From: Octopus bimaculoides
Lineage: Eukaryota
Direction of reading: 5' to 3'
Length of the DNA: 46,909 nt
NCBI RefSeq assembly: GCF_001194135.2
Contig: NC_068987.1
Span: forward strand, 85,969,199 to 86,016,107
Shown here: one piece after another, positions 24,547 through 37,655 of the stretch
How positions within the stretch are numbered: position 1 is the first letter of the stretch
Layout: each line of letters begins with the position of its first letter
Notes under the pieces: generated by a model
What the model was told of the DNA's origin: nothing
The model's database searches: none
The model's input: only the letters and a program-made list of their open reading frames with translations
Made by a program: the position numbers and the translations under genes

Positions 24547-25932
24547 CTGTATATGAGATGGAGAAACCCAGGAGAAACGAGTAGCCAATCTGTCTATAGA
24601 CTCAACAATTGGAGTAATTACAGAAAACTGGAGGTAGTAATGTGCGTTCTGTGTCATCACTTTTTACCTTAGATGTCAGTGGCCTGCCAACGTGGAACTT
24701 AGTACGTTTCATACACTACATATACTGTATTGTATTAATGGTTGACATGTATCAAAATTTCCTTAATTGGTGATAATACAATTAAAACGTATTGTTATTT
24801 TCAATGAATTGCACTTGCTCCTGAAAATTCCATTTGTTCTCATGTATGTTTAAATCAATACATTATATTTTACATGGATTACATTTGCGTTTTTTTTTCT
24901 GTTTTGGTGAGTGGCTAAGTCTACATTACCTCAGCCGTCATGTTCAAATCGTTTCAGATCGAATGAAAAGAGTATTTGTTTCATGAAGAAAATAAGAAAT
25001 ATTTCCATCCAACAGGTAACTTGCCAGTAATAGAAAGCTAATCCCCACCCCACCCCACCCCACCTCCTTATATAATCTGTTCAGCATAGCATGTGATCAT
25101 GTAATGCAATGCTTTTATTATNNNNNNNNNNNNNNNNNNNNNNNNNNNNNNNNNNNNNNNNNNNNNNNNNNNNNNNNNNNNNNNNNNNNNNNNNNNNNNN
25201 NNNNNNNNNNNNNNNNNNNNNNNNNNNNNNNNNNNNNNNNNNNNNNNNNNNNNNNNNNNNNNNNNNNNNNNNNNNNNNNNNNNNNNNNNNNNNNNNNNNN
25301 NNNNNNNNNNNNNNNNNNNNNNNNNNNNNNNNNNNNNNNNNNNNNNNNNNNNNNNNNNNNNNNNNNNNNNNNNNNNNNNNNNNNNNNNNNNNNNNNNNNN
25401 NNNNNNNNNNNNNNNNNNNNNNNNNNNNNNNNNNNNNNNNNNNNNNNNNNNNNNNNNNNNNNNNNNNNNNNNNNNNNNNNNNNNNNNNNNNNNNNNNNNN
25501 NNNNNNNNNNNNNNNNNNNNNNNNNNNNNNNNNNNNNNNNNNNNNNNNNNNNNNNNNNNNNNNNNNNNNNNNNNNNNNNNNNNNNNNNNNNNNNNNNNNN
25601 NNNNNNNNNNNNNNNNNNNNNNNNNNNNNNNNNNNNNNNNNNNNNNNNNNNNNNNNNNNNNNNNNNNNNNNNNNNNNNNNNNNNNNNNNNNNNNNNNNNN
25701 NNNNNNNNNNNNNNNNNNNNNNNNNNNNNNNNNNNNNNNNNNNNNNNNNNNNNNNNNNNNNNNNNNNNNNNNNNNNNNNNNNNNNNNNNNNNNNNNNNNN
25801 NNNNNNNNNNNNNNNNNNNNNNNNNNNNNNNAAACATAAGAGCACCACAGCAAACCACAGCACATACCCAAGGCGCACAGAGCTCCGCTCGGTAGTGAAG
25901 TGAAAGCACGTTATAAAAATAAAACTACTGAA

Positions 25933-25933
25933 C

Positions 25934-26017
<84 letters not shown>

Positions 26018-26018
26018 C
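25933..26018. repeat. (AAT)n microsatellite
   Basis: Direct reading. Confidence 0.95.
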
Positions 26019-26990
26019 ATTATCGTATTAACAACATTATCATCATTCTTATCATCTTCATTATCGTCATCATCATCGTCATCATCATGACACAGTCTAA
26101 GCAGAAATTGCTGAAAATGCACTTCGTTGCACAGCATTCTGAATAAATTGCGTAGAACGCTATTTCAGATTTTGAAAATATACTTTCGGGACAAATATTA
26201 TTTATAAAAACTACATCGGCATTAGCATGGATGTGCATTACTTCACATTGCTAGAAAAATAAACCTGATGTTGAAACTATGTTATTATTTTGAAACACAC
26301 TCCATACAAATTCCTCGTCCTGAACATGTTGTCGTTCATCGTTTCCTTGAGGAATTTACCCTCCAGAACATCCATTTAAACCCGTTTTCCACATGTCACG
26401 AAAACTAGAAATAAAGGAAGACATGATGAATACATGGTTATGCGTTTGCCGACAGGTTTTCCTAGCATGCAAAAAATGAGTTACTAAATAGCTTGTTACA
26501 GAGAAAGATCACCTGTCTATTTATGTATCTATCTATCTATTTATCGATTTCTGTAGTTGAAAATATCAACATCCACCCTTTCATCCATCTTGTCAGCAAT
26601 CTACCCAGTTGCCTAAATGTGAACCTACCTGTCTACATACTCACACAAACACACATACCTACCTATATGTGTGTGGGTGTGTGTGTTTGCGTGTCTATAT
26701 ATGTAATAGTAATGTATGTGCACGTATGACTCTTACCACAAACAGTGAACTCTGATAAAGGACATATTATTCGATGGAGCTGAATATGGATTGTTCCTAC
26801 AGCCCCTTAATATTTTCTGAAACGCCCGTAGGTTTTCATTGATTTACATTTTCATGATTTTTAATTGACATCTTGTATTACGAAACGATTTATTCTGCCT
26901 CGAATACGTGTATCTACACACGATTGCACGGTTTTCATTTTATTATGTATTAGTTCAATTACATTTTATATCCTATTACTTTTGTTATAT

Positions 26991-27403
26991 CTCTTTTACT
27001 CTTTTACTTGTTTCAGTCATTTGACTGTGGCCATGCTGGAGCACCGCCTTTAGTAGAGCGAATCGACCCAAGGACTTATTATTTGTAAGCCCAGTACTTA
27101 TTCTATCGGTCTCTTTTGCCGAACTGCTAAGTTACGGGGATGTAAACACACCAACATCGGTTGTCAAGCAATGTTGGGAGGAACAAACACAGACACACAA
27201 ACATATACACACATATACATATATATATAAACATATATACGACGGGCTTCTTTCAGTTTCCGTCTACCAAATCCACTCACAAGGCTTTGGTCGGCCTGAG
27301 GCTATAGTAGAAGACACTTGCCCAAGGTGCCAGGCAGTGGGACTGAACATGGAACCATGTGGTTGGTAAGGAAGCTACTTACCACGTAGCCACTCCTACG
27401 CCT
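26991..27403 (-). mobile_element. tRNA-derived SINE, family A, full length (best-preserved copy)
   Basis: The reverse complement starts AGGCGTAGGAGTGGCTACGTGGTAAG (A-box-like), has B-box-like GTTCAGTCCC and CCTTGGGCAAGTG core, an internal (TG/TA) tract and an AGTAAAAGAG tail. Confidence 0.95.
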
Positions 27404-27664
27404 ATATATTCTAATTTTTTTGTTATTATTTGGATTTTTAACGTTATCATGTATCCCATCCAATTCTTATAAATCACTGTAAGCATGATTTCATCTTCTG
27501 ATGTAAAGTACTGACAACTAAAAACTTTTAGCTTCTACAAAAAATGTTAATACTCCTTAGCTCATAAACGAGTAAACAAACAGTTGTACTCTATACGGTA
27601 TATTGTCTCCATTAAAATGTCAGTCCCTTATATGCATATATATATATATATATATATATGAATA

Positions 27665-27721
<57 letters not shown>

Positions 27722-27834
27722 TGATAGATAGATAGATAGATAGATACATACATACATACATACCTACATACATACATACATACATAAATACATACATACA
27801 TACAGGTATCTTTTTTTACTGGAGTGCCGTCTTG

Positions 27835-28397
27835 AAGAGATTTTAAGGACGGTATAAGGACTACTATAACATCACTTGGAATGGAACGAGAAGACATAGA
27901 AACTCTTGCTTCGGATCGAGCTGGATGGCAAACTAAAGTGTGGAGTGGGGTGCAAGCGTTTGAAGAGGTCAGGATAACACATGCAAGACTCAAAGAGATA
28001 TAAGGAAGGCGGTTACGATCGAGAAGGTGAATGACAATGACCTTTTTGTGTGCACAGTTTGTGACAGACCATGCCTGTCTTTTGCTGGGCTCAAATCTCA
28101 TTTGTGAAGCCATGAAAAACGAACCTCCATCAAATATTTTGCCGATATGTTTGTGTATACTTGAAATGCAGTATATGCCAGAAGGCTTACAAATCTAACA
28201 GAGGACTCAAAAGACATTTTAAGATCCATAAAGATCAAAACACATATGCAACTCTTGGTGGTCCAAATCGGATTTGCGATCTATTTGGGTGTCTTTTCAG
28301 AACATTTCCTGGTTTAAAAAGCTACATCAGATACCATGATGGTTCTAAGGTATAGGTATGGGACATGGTAAAATTCTGTATAAGGAGTAAACAACCA

Positions 28398-28400
<3 letters not shown>
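27835..28400 (+). mobile_element. RTE-clade LINE ORF2 C-terminus with three C2H2-like fingers and 3' UTR, 5'-truncated
   Basis: FKDGIRTTITSLGMEREDIETLASDRAGWQTKVWSGVQAFEEVR (RTE signature A.DR..W...V..GV..FE). CTVCDRPCLSFAGLKSHL*SH. CSICQKAYKSNRGLKRHFKIH. CDLFGCLFRTFPGLKSYIRYH. Ends ACAACCACCA(TA)n. Confidence 0.85.
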
Positions 28401-28440
<40 letters not shown>

Positions 28441-29087
28441 TTTGTAATTCCTAGGGTCACTGTTGATATACACACACACGCACCCACGCGTGCACACACA
28501 CACACACACATATAGACAGACACACACACACGCACATATATATATCAATAATAAATTGAACATACTAAATAAAAGTGCTTCTATTTGCGCTAATTATGAA
28601 TTGTTTATTAGATTTTATATTCCTATTGGTTTTGAATTTTGATGATAAATGATCTGACTACGTTTTGAGTAGCTGATCAAATAAATCTCATACTAAATCG
28701 CTTATCCCTTTCACTTGTATTTCTATCCACATTTCTTTCCCTCTGGCTCATTGTTTTTTTCCCCTTTCCTCTACATTGGCCTCTCTTTGTTCTTATTTTC
28801 TCTTGGCTTCTTTTCTCACTCTCATAATTTATTATCTGCTTCCTGGAAGTTAATCTCGAATACCCACCCCAGTTATTTTATGTCTCTGGTTAGAGCTACT
28901 AAAATTTCTATATTACTTTACTGAATCGTACAACCAACCGTCTGATTGCCTACTCGAGTTAATAACTCAAGATTCACAAACAATTTTATTAATTAGTCCC
29001 CAACCATCCTTTGTCCGCTGTGTCCCTATAGTCTGTCATTTATGGGCATGTCAATGTTCCTCACTACAACGTTTTAAGTTCCATTAT

Positions 29088-29266
29088 GGCGTCGAGCTGG
29101 AAGAAACATTAACACGCCGGGCGAAATGCTTAGCGGCATTTCGTCTGTCTTTACTTTCTGAGTTCAAACTCCGCCAAGGTCGGCTTTGCCTTTCGTCTTT
29201 TCGGGGTTGATAAATTAAATACTAATTGCATACTTTCGGACTTTGTGCCTAGAGTAGAAAGGAATA
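29088..29266 (+). mobile_element. tRNA-derived SINE, family B
   Basis: GGCGTCGAGCTGG.AGAAACATTAACACGCCGGGCGAAATGCTTAGCGGCATTTCG...CTGAGTTCAAA...TTGTGCCTAGAGTAGAAAGGAATA. Confidence 0.9.
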
Positions 29267-29344
29267 ATTTGGACAAGGCGAAACTTCACGAAGGTAGGAA
29301 CGTCACATATAATCATAGTTTAAAATTATATAATTATCGTTCAG

Positions 29345-29676
29345 TACTTGTTTCATTCATTCGACAGTGGCCATGCTGGAGCACCGTCCGAAAGGGTTTT
29401 AGTCGAAGATATCGACCGCAGGACTTTTTCCTTGTAAGCCTAGTACTTATTCTCTCGGTCTCTATTGCAGAACCGCGAAGCTAGGGGACTTGATCAAACC
29501 AGCATCTGTAGCGAGGAGGAAGGAAAATCAAACACAGATATACACATAAACACATACATGTACGTATATATATACAACGGACTTCTTTCAATTTCGTCCT
29601 CCCTAAGCGACTCATGCAGTGGGACTGAACCTGTAACTATATGGGTGGGAAGCAATCTTCTCACCACACTGCCATT

Positions 29677-29680
<4 letters not shown>
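29345..29680 (-). mobile_element. tRNA-derived SINE, family A, diverged
   Basis: TACTTGTTTCA...GGCCATGCTGGAGCACCG...GCAGTGGGACTGAACC...CTCACCACACTGCCATTCC. Confidence 0.85.
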
Positions 29681-29740
<60 letters not shown>

Positions 29741-31363
29741 TATATATATACATACACATATACATATATATACAGAGAGAGTGAACCAATATAATGATAT
29801 TCGACGTTGTAATAGCTAAATCATGACGGGAAAGATAAAAGGCCGGTGCGGTTCCCTAACTGAATGTAACGCTTGCTAGACTGCAACATTTCCGATTGCA
29901 CTACAGAGAGACTGTTGATCTTTCCCCTCAAATCATTTGTCAGGAGCATCTATTAATACACTGGCATTAATATCTGAGTAATAAAATTTCCTCTTTGAGG
30001 CTCCGATAATATTAAGTAGCAATAGAAAAATGGTATATTCATAATATGTACTAATATATCATAGTAGAAGAATATGTAGCCTTCAAACCAATTGAGATAC
30101 CGACATTAGAATCATAACGGTGTATAGAATTACTTTGCAAAGGTAGTGGTTTTTATTTTTGTCTGTAAAAGTTCGCTCGACGTATATTGAGATTGCAATT
30201 TAGAAAATAAAACTCACATTAAGCAACGAATATTTTATTTTCACAGTGTGAGGTACGTAAAGTGAGCTGATGTGTATGTGACGAGGTTTAATACTCTTTG
30301 AAAATCAATTATGTACATCTTTGACTACAATTGTTTAAGAAATAATCCATTAAAGTAAAAATGTCATATATTCGTCTTGCTTTATTCAAAATATAACATT
30401 AACTTTCACAGTGTTTTGTACCTATAGCAACTAAATTGAATATCATGGCGACAAGCTGTACAAAGTCTTTTTAAGTACAATACATTATAATAACATTAAG
30501 TAAGCTAATAAATGTACTGAGTGTGATCTCCATTTAAGTGGTTTATCCTCATTTTCTCTGAGATGAAATGAAACTACTTATGTATTTAGTTGCCCAATGG
30601 TTCATAAAAAAATATATATATTCTAAATTTGCTTTCTGTTCATTTCGTTCAGCTATAGAACCTCTACCAATTCGATTTTCCACTGTTATATGATTTTCAA
30701 AAATTAACAGACGAACAAATTTTGTGCTTGTTTGATTAGTGTAAGAATAACATTCAACAGCGAAATCTTGTCTTAGACATAAACGAGTCTGGATTGATAT
30801 TTTTTGAGATATACAGATATATATTTCGATAGTGGTAGATTCTACTTTAATTATTCTATCCATTATAATTTTGTTGTTTGTTTAATGTTTAATGTAATTG
30901 ATATGTAGTTCAATGGCTAACGCTTACACTGAAAATACAGAGGCATTTGAATTCTTTTTACGATCCAGCTACACTTTCACAAGGAATTTCGTCAAACTAC
31001 CCATGATGTGAGTTATATATTAAGGAACTGAATTGTTTATATATCAAAAATGTATATAAATAGAAAAAAAAATTGTTGGCTTTTTTGGTTGTTTGAATAA
31101 ATGTTTGTTATATCACATAGATAGTATATTATGGTATATTGCAATATAAATAAATCATTGAATTGTCAATTGCATCTCTCTAATAAATTCGATTGTTTTT
31201 TTTATGTATATATACATATGTATATACCTGTGTTTATAGATATATATGTATATGTGTGTCTGTATAAATATATATACATTGATATTTTGTTGTTTCTGAT
31301 GAGAGTCATTCTCTTTTGGTGCCTTTTAATTTAACACACTCACCGGTAAAATTTCCATTTATT

Positions 31364-31559
31364 TCTGTTTTATTTTTCTAACATTTTCGTTGCGTCTAGC
31401 TTCAGCATTTGAAATCAGAACGTAAATACGAACGAAATACCGCTAATGATTCTTCTAGTGTGTAGCTAAAGATTCTGCGAGCTCGCCACATTTAATAACA
31501 CATTGATGTAGCTGCAATAGTTATTTCGGGAAGAGTCGGTGAATTTTGTACGGGATATT
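31364..31559 (+). repeat. 196-bp segment with an exact inverted copy at 33040-33235
   Basis: Checked base by base against the reverse complement of 33040-33235; no mismatch found. Contains a SINE family B 5' fragment. Confidence 0.95.
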
Positions 31560-32444
31560 GCAGTCATGGATGAGAGCAGAATTAGAATATTGTCGTTTGT
31601 ATTGTTCTTTAGAGCCAGAGAAGCCAACCTTTCTTTGAGTGACTTGCTGTCAATTAGACTGAAATGTTAGCCATCCTGTCTATTAAAATGTAACCAGTAC
31701 CTAAGCTTGCATTATGGGTGTTTCACTATTTCTAAGATGGAAATGTCTCTTCTGTAGAAAACTTGTTTGCGATTTTCTTGCAGGTCAGCGCAGGATGGTG
31801 TAAATGTCCATTAATTTAGTGAACATAGCACTTCCCTACTGACAAAAAACCTGCTAGGGTTATTAGTAAAGTATCCCCTAAATCTAGACACTATTGTCTC
31901 AAAGGGAAAATAGAACGTAGATAATTTCTTTGTAGCTATTAAAAAAGAAATCGAAGTTCAACAAACTGTGACGAAGTCAAGACCAGGTTTATTATGTATT
32001 TATTTATTTATTTATTTATTTATTTTTTGCAAAATCTTAAGGGGAAATATAATGCAGATTTGATCACTACTTTTTAGCAGGTCAACCAAGCCTCTGTACA
32101 AAAGTGTCTGCTTCGGTTTGAAAATGTAAATATATTCAATAAGTATTAACTTCGTCTTTTTTCCATTGAAAGATTCAGAGATGAATTGATCGTGATAGAA
32201 ACCGGCCAAGATAACGAAATGGCAATCTCCCATACGAGTCATTCGTTCAATTACGTTCGTCTTTGCATTCCTTAGTGAAAAAAAAAGGATGAAATTGGCG
32301 AATAATCAAATACAATTTATTTTATCTGCATCGACATGCAGGGTGGTGACAGAAACCAGAACATATCAACGATAACATCCTGCTGAAGTACAAAAGCAAG
32401 AACAAAATAGACCAGCTTGTCTCTGATACAGTTCCCATATTAAT

Positions 32445-32640
32445 ATTCGTTTTGAATTTTGGCACAAGACCAGCATTCTCGGTGGTGGAAGTGAGTTGAT
32501 AACATCAACCGTTGTAGCTGAACGATACTAATTTTCTCGACCCCGAAAGGATGAACGGTAAAGACATCCTCGATTATATTTGAACTCAAAGCAAAAAGAC
32601 GGAGGGAATGGCGCTAAGCATTTTGCGCGGCGTACTAACA
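32445..32640 (-). mobile_element. tRNA-derived SINE, family B, diverged
   Basis: GAATTTTGGCACAAGACCAGCA...CGACCCCGAAAGGATGAA...TTTGAACTCA...GCTAAGCATTTTGCGCGGCGTACTAAC. Confidence 0.8.
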
Positions 32641-32664
32641 ACAATACTACCACCACAAAAATGT

Positions 32665-32885
32665 TACTATTTGTTTCAAATTTTGGGAGAAGGCCAACAA
32701 TTTCAGGGGAGGGGTTAATTCGATTACACGGAACCCAGAACTCGACTGGTACATATTTTTATCGACTTAGAAACGATGAAAGGCAAAGTCGAACTCGACG
32801 GAATTTGAACTCAGAACGTAAAGACGGATGGAATCGCTGATTAGCGTTTTACCTGGAGTGCTATCGATTCTGCCATCTCGCTGCC
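32665..32885 (-). mobile_element. tRNA-derived SINE, family B
   Basis: TTTGTTTCAAATTTTGG...GATGAAAGGCAAAGTCGA...GGAATTTGAACTCAGAACGTAAAGACG...GATTCTGCCATCTCGCTGCC. Confidence 0.85.
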
Positions 32886-32918
32886 CGAATTTCAATATTA
32901 ATATCATGAAGTGAATAA

Positions 32919-33285
32919 GGCGGCGAGTTGGCAGGAGCGTTACCATTACAAAATACTCGGCGTATTGTGTCCTTCCTTAAGTCCTGAGTTCAAATTCCAC
33001 TTAAGTGGACTTCGCATTTCATACTTTCAGGATGGATAAAATATCCCGTACAAAATTCACCGACTCTTCCCGAAATAACTATTGCAGCTACATCAATGTG
33101 TTATTAAATGTGGCGAGCTCGCAGAATCTTTAGCTACACACTAGAAGAATCATTAGCGGTATTTCGTTCGTATTTACGTTCTGATTTCAAATGCTGAAGC
33201 TAGACGCAACGAAAATGTTAGAAAAATAAAACAGACTTACCCACTGCCTTGGAATTACTGGTATTGTGCCAAAATTTGAAACCAA
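32919..33285 (+). mobile_element. SINE family B interrupted by the 196-bp inverted duplication
   Basis: The head GGCGGCGAGTTGGCAG...CTGAGTTCAAATTCC...GATAAAAT stops at about 33040. The tail resumes GACTTACCC...TTGTGCCAAAATTTGAAACC after 33235. Confidence 0.75.
33040..33235 (-). repeat. Inverted copy of 31364-31559
   Basis: Exact reverse complement. Confidence 0.95.
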
Positions 33286-36200
33286 ACGTCATGAGGTTTA
33301 ATAGAACCACTAAAAACATTTCTGTTCGTCCGTCTCTAACGGTTGTGGGTAACATTATCTCAGATCCCAACGTGATCAATAACTTTTACAATGTGATGAA
33401 TAACGTTTTTAAACGCGTGTAGAGCTGAACATTATCTTGGTTCTTTATACTTTTCGTTGTTATTGTTTTATTATTGCTTATTCCCACTTGCATGGCCAAA
33501 GTCATACCAACTATTAATCACACGGTGTTACTTCATATTTACGACAATATTATCCAATATGACCTCCGTATTTTAAAAGAGATAAACGGTAATTTGATGG
33601 AAATGGTTAATGTTTCTAGGACGTCAACAAATCAAGTAGAATCCGCTACGTTCGCTTTTCTTTCTACGGACGATAAATCATGCGTCAGCTTTAATATTAT
33701 AGTTCAATTGAATCGATATTATCCCTGTGAACAAATTTGTGGCCTTGAGACAATGTCAAAAATAATGAATATGACAAGGCATGAAATAACAACAACCATT
33801 AACTAACAGTCTAAACTTCATTTCATATTCCCAGGAAACCTGGATTAAATATTCGTAAAGTGGAATTTTCTATTGTTTACGATTTTTTGGATTGATACTG
33901 TTCTTTACCACTGAACCGGCTCTGATGGAGCAAAAGAGGAATCAAAAGTATTTCAGCATTGGCTATATGGATTTTCAAATCAGTTTTGTTATTCTATACA
34001 AAATTTTTTTTTAAGGTGGTATGGTCTGTTTTCGAGATTTCGTTGCAATTTCTACAGTAGGATCAAATTTTATATTCGCGACATCACTTTCGTTTACGTA
34101 TCTCAATACCAACATAAATTATTGTTGTTGCTAAAATTGTCTAATACCTGATAGATTCATTTTAGTCTTACCAAAACTGATACTAATTACTCAAAAATGC
34201 TCGTCTACACTCTGTTAGTATTCTTCTAATTACGTGAGTTCTGTACCATCCCGTAAATGCAGCATATTCAAGAAGGATAAATGAATAAATATGTATATAC
34301 ATATATATTTTCAAAACGTAACCACATGCGAATCGTTGGCGATTTTTTTCCCCTCAACTGAACGGAAGTTTTAATAAGCGATATTAGGCCACAGGATTCT
34401 GTCGGTGTGTTTTCTAAATGGCATGCCATTGCGTTTAAATATTTCTAATAATTGCTTCAGATATGATGTGCATTGCTTGAAGTTCCAGGAACTTGCACTC
34501 CCTTTCCCTTTTTCTCTCTCTTTATATTCACACACTATGTACGTACACACATAGACACACGCGCTTAACGAGACGGAATTGTTTTGCACATTAGGAGTCA
34601 GTGAACTGCGACGTTGACACAATGTCTAAGTGTATAAGATTAATAACTGAAATGAAATGTTTACACTCGGAACAGCGAGCGTTCAATGGTGTCGCTTAAC
34701 TTGACTTAGAAATATAGTTAAAATTTTAAACATGTTTTCAGATATTACAATGAAATAAGACATGTACATGTCTTCTAAATGTAAAAAAACTGTTTTATAA
34801 AAAAAAGAAGAAAAAATAAGTAAAGCAAATGAAACGGAAATATTAACTTTGAATTACGTGATATATTTGTTCTCAAAGAATAGCATTTAAATTTTCCTTT
34901 TACGTCTCAAATCAATGTAATGTATCTTAGTTTACTTTCCCACAGTGGCACACACTACGCAAATGTACATACAAACGTACCTATATATATATATATATAT
35001 NNNNNNNNNNNNNNNNNNNNNNNNNNNNNNNNNNNNNNNNNNNNNNNNNNNNNNNNNNNNNNNNNNNNNNNNNNNNNNNNNNNNNNNNNNNNNNNNNNNN
35101 NNNNNNNNNNNNNNNNNNNNNNNNNNNNNNNNNNNNNNNNNNNNNNNNNNNNNNNNNNNNNNNNNNNNNNNNNNNNNNNNNNNNNNNNNNNNNNNNNNNN
35201 NNNNNNNNNNNNNNNNNNNNNNNNNNNNNNNNNNNNNNNNNNNNNNNNNNNNNNNNNNNNNNNNNNNNNNNNNNNNNNNNNNNNNNNNNNNNNNNNNNNN
35301 NNNNNNNNNNNNNNNNNNNNNNNNNNNNNNNNNNNNNNNNNNNNNNNNNNNNNNNNNNNNNNNNNNNNNNNNNNNNNNNNNNNNNNNNNNNNNNNNNNNN
35401 NNNNNNNNNNNNNNNNNNNNNNNNNNNNNNNNNNNNNNNNNNNNNNNNNNNNNNNNNNNNNNNNNNNNNNNNNNNNNNNNNNNNNNNNNNNNNNNNNNNN
35501 NNNNNNNNNNNNNNNNNNNNNNNNNNNNNNNNNNNNNNNNNNNNNNNNNNNNNNNNNNNNNNNNNNNNNNNNNNNNNNNNNNNNNNNNNNNNNNNNNNNN
35601 NNNNNNNNNNNNNNNNNNNNNNNNNNNNNNNNNNNNNNNNNNNNNNNNNNNNNNNNNNNNNNNNNNNNNNNNNNNNNNNNNNNNNNNNNNNNNNNNNNNN
35701 NNNNNNNNNNNNNNNNNNNNNNNNNNNNNNNNNNNNNNNNNNNNNNNNNNNNNNNNNNNNNNNNNNNNNNNNNNNNNNNNNNNNNNNNNNNNNNNNNNNN
35801 NNNNNNNNNNNNNNNNNNNNNNNNNNNNNNNNNNNNNNNNNNNNNNNNNNNNNNNNNNNNNNNNNNNNNNNNNNNNNNNNNNNNNNNNNNNNNNNNTATA
35901 CATATATAAATATGTGTGTGTATGTATATATGCATATGTAATGCATGTATATATCAGATACCTATTATATGTAACTTGTCTTCGAACACTTTCTTTTTGG
36001 TATATACTGTTCTTTCTTGCTAATGTTCGACACATGAGAATCTTTCGGCTTTAATTTCCTCTTCCTGCTCAACATTGAAAGTTCTACTGTTTGTTATACC
36101 TTTTCGTCTCTTTTAGTGAGCTTCCATTCCCTTTAACGCCGCCATTTTACTGGTATCAGCATTATTTTGCTTCTCCTTCATTTTCGTTTTCCTTCTTGGT

Positions 36201-36769
36201 GCATTTGTTGTCTCCTATCATTTTTCTCCTCTGTTACTTGAGTCATTTCAAGTTCTCTTACTTCCACTCTCTCTGCCTTATATTATTACCACCTCTCATT
36301 TTCCCCGTCCATCTCCCGCACTCCTTTATTCCTTGATATGTATTTTTAAAATATGCTCTAATTTAATCAAGCATTCAAATTTTGTGCAAGCCTGTTGAAA
36401 TTACATTCACATCCGAATGCAGTTTTCCCTTTTATTAGTCCTTCGCACATTAATAAAACCATAATACACCTTAATGAGATATTTAAACATTTTGATTGTG
36501 AATATAAATAGAACTGCTACGTACAGGAATGGCAAAATTCGTTTCGCTAAGGTCATGTCTCCAAGATGTATTTACGTGCAAAATTATATGGAAATTAAAA
36601 CAATTCGGTGAGAGTGAGAGAAAAAGTAAAATACATGTGCAGCAAACATTTTATTCAAGATGCAATGTTATGGTCGATGAAAAGAAACATTTATCCACTT
36701 AAACGTAAGGCTACCTTGAAATTCCCGCAAATGTTTGAGGTAAAGAAACTTGTACTCTAAGGGTTGGGA

Positions 36770-37068
36770 CCACAAAGTTTCCAACTGGTCCGATTAACGG
36801 AACAGCCTGCTCGTGAAATTAATGTGCAAGAACGGAACACTTCACAGATATACATACCCTTAGCGTAGTCCTCATGACGATTCGGTGTCCCGCTTGAATG
36901 TGACAATGCTGACCCTTTGAATTACAGGTACTGTTCCTTTTTTGTCAGCTGAGTGGAGTGGAGCAACAGCAAAGTAAGTTTCCTGATCAAGGACACACAG
37001 CAACGACTGGAGTCCAACTCGCGAACATATGATCAGTGCCGAATATACTAACCACCAAACCACGCTCT
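36770..37068 (-). mobile_element. tRNA-derived SINE, family D (different head, 3' body shared with family C)
   Basis: CCAACTGGTCCGATTAACGGAACAGCCTGCTCGTGAAATTAATGTGCA and CCCTTTGAATTACAGG match 18058-18435 in reverse. The head side (GAGTGGAGCAAC...CAAGGACACA...ACTAACCACCAAACCACGC) differs. Confidence 0.75.
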
Positions 37069-37487
37069 AAGATTATCAGCTCCTGAATGCAAGAAAGTTG
37101 ATGTCATGTACATAGCAAAATGACACCATTCCTACGATCAATAGCAACGCTGTTACAAATATGAAATTAAGCGCGTAAATTCTTCAATATTCTCTTCTTT
37201 ACATTAATGCTGAAAATGGATACCATTTTTGAATTTCACTAGAATGATCAAATTCATTAAATGTGGCTTCCATGGTTTGCCATATTTTCCACTTCATGCA
37301 TCGAGGCAATTCTTCAATCGCTTGCATCTTTCATTACTTTGCAATTGGCACCTCTGCTAAGATGCATTCATAAAATGTATGCTGCATTTAGAACGCAGAT
37401 ATTTGTCCTCATCTTGTTTGTTTTTAACACAAGGTTTCGGCTGATAAACCCTCCAGCCTTCTTCGGGTGTCTTGGGGAAATTTTGAA

Positions 37488-37629
37488 CCTGATGAAGGCT
37501 GGACACCTGATGAAGGCTGGACAGCTGATGAAGGCTGGACACCTGATGAAGGCTGGACACCTGATGAAGGCTGGACACCTGATGAAGGCTGGACACCTGA
37601 TGAAGGCTGGACACCTGATGAAGGCTGGA
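37488..37629 (+). repeat. 18-bp tandem repeat x8 (CCTGATGAAGGCTGGACA)
   Basis: Units at 37488, 37506, 37524 (C>G variant), 37542, 37560, 37578, 37596 and 37614 (partial). Confidence 0.95.
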
Positions 37630-37655
37630 GAGTATATCAGCCGAAACGTTGTGTT
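37610..37655 (+). ncRNA. Minimal type I hammerhead ribozyme-like motif
   Basis: Stem I (G)ACAC/GTGT(T). CTGATGA 37615-37621 plus one extra A. Stem II GGCTG/CAGCC. GAAAC 37643-37647. Palindromic AACGTT stem III. GTT triplet 37648-37650. Confidence 0.55.

Noticed and set aside
24522-24640. Candidate exon with a good acceptor (TTTTCAG) and a cadherin-like SIDSTIGVIT string
   Set aside because: All three phases hit a stop, the acceptor lies inside the hammerhead-like repeat, and other cadherin motifs (LDRE, DxND) are absent.
28161-28355. Stand-alone host C2H2 zinc-finger gene
   Set aside because: It is contiguous with RTE ORF2 signature sequence upstream and shares a LINE-like 3' end with 3290-3508.
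30549-30863. Minus-strand 104-aa ORF with a RAF-like ITVENRIGRGS kinase subdomain I look-alike
   Set aside because: No downstream VAxK or other kinase motifs and no convincing donor site. Probably chance.
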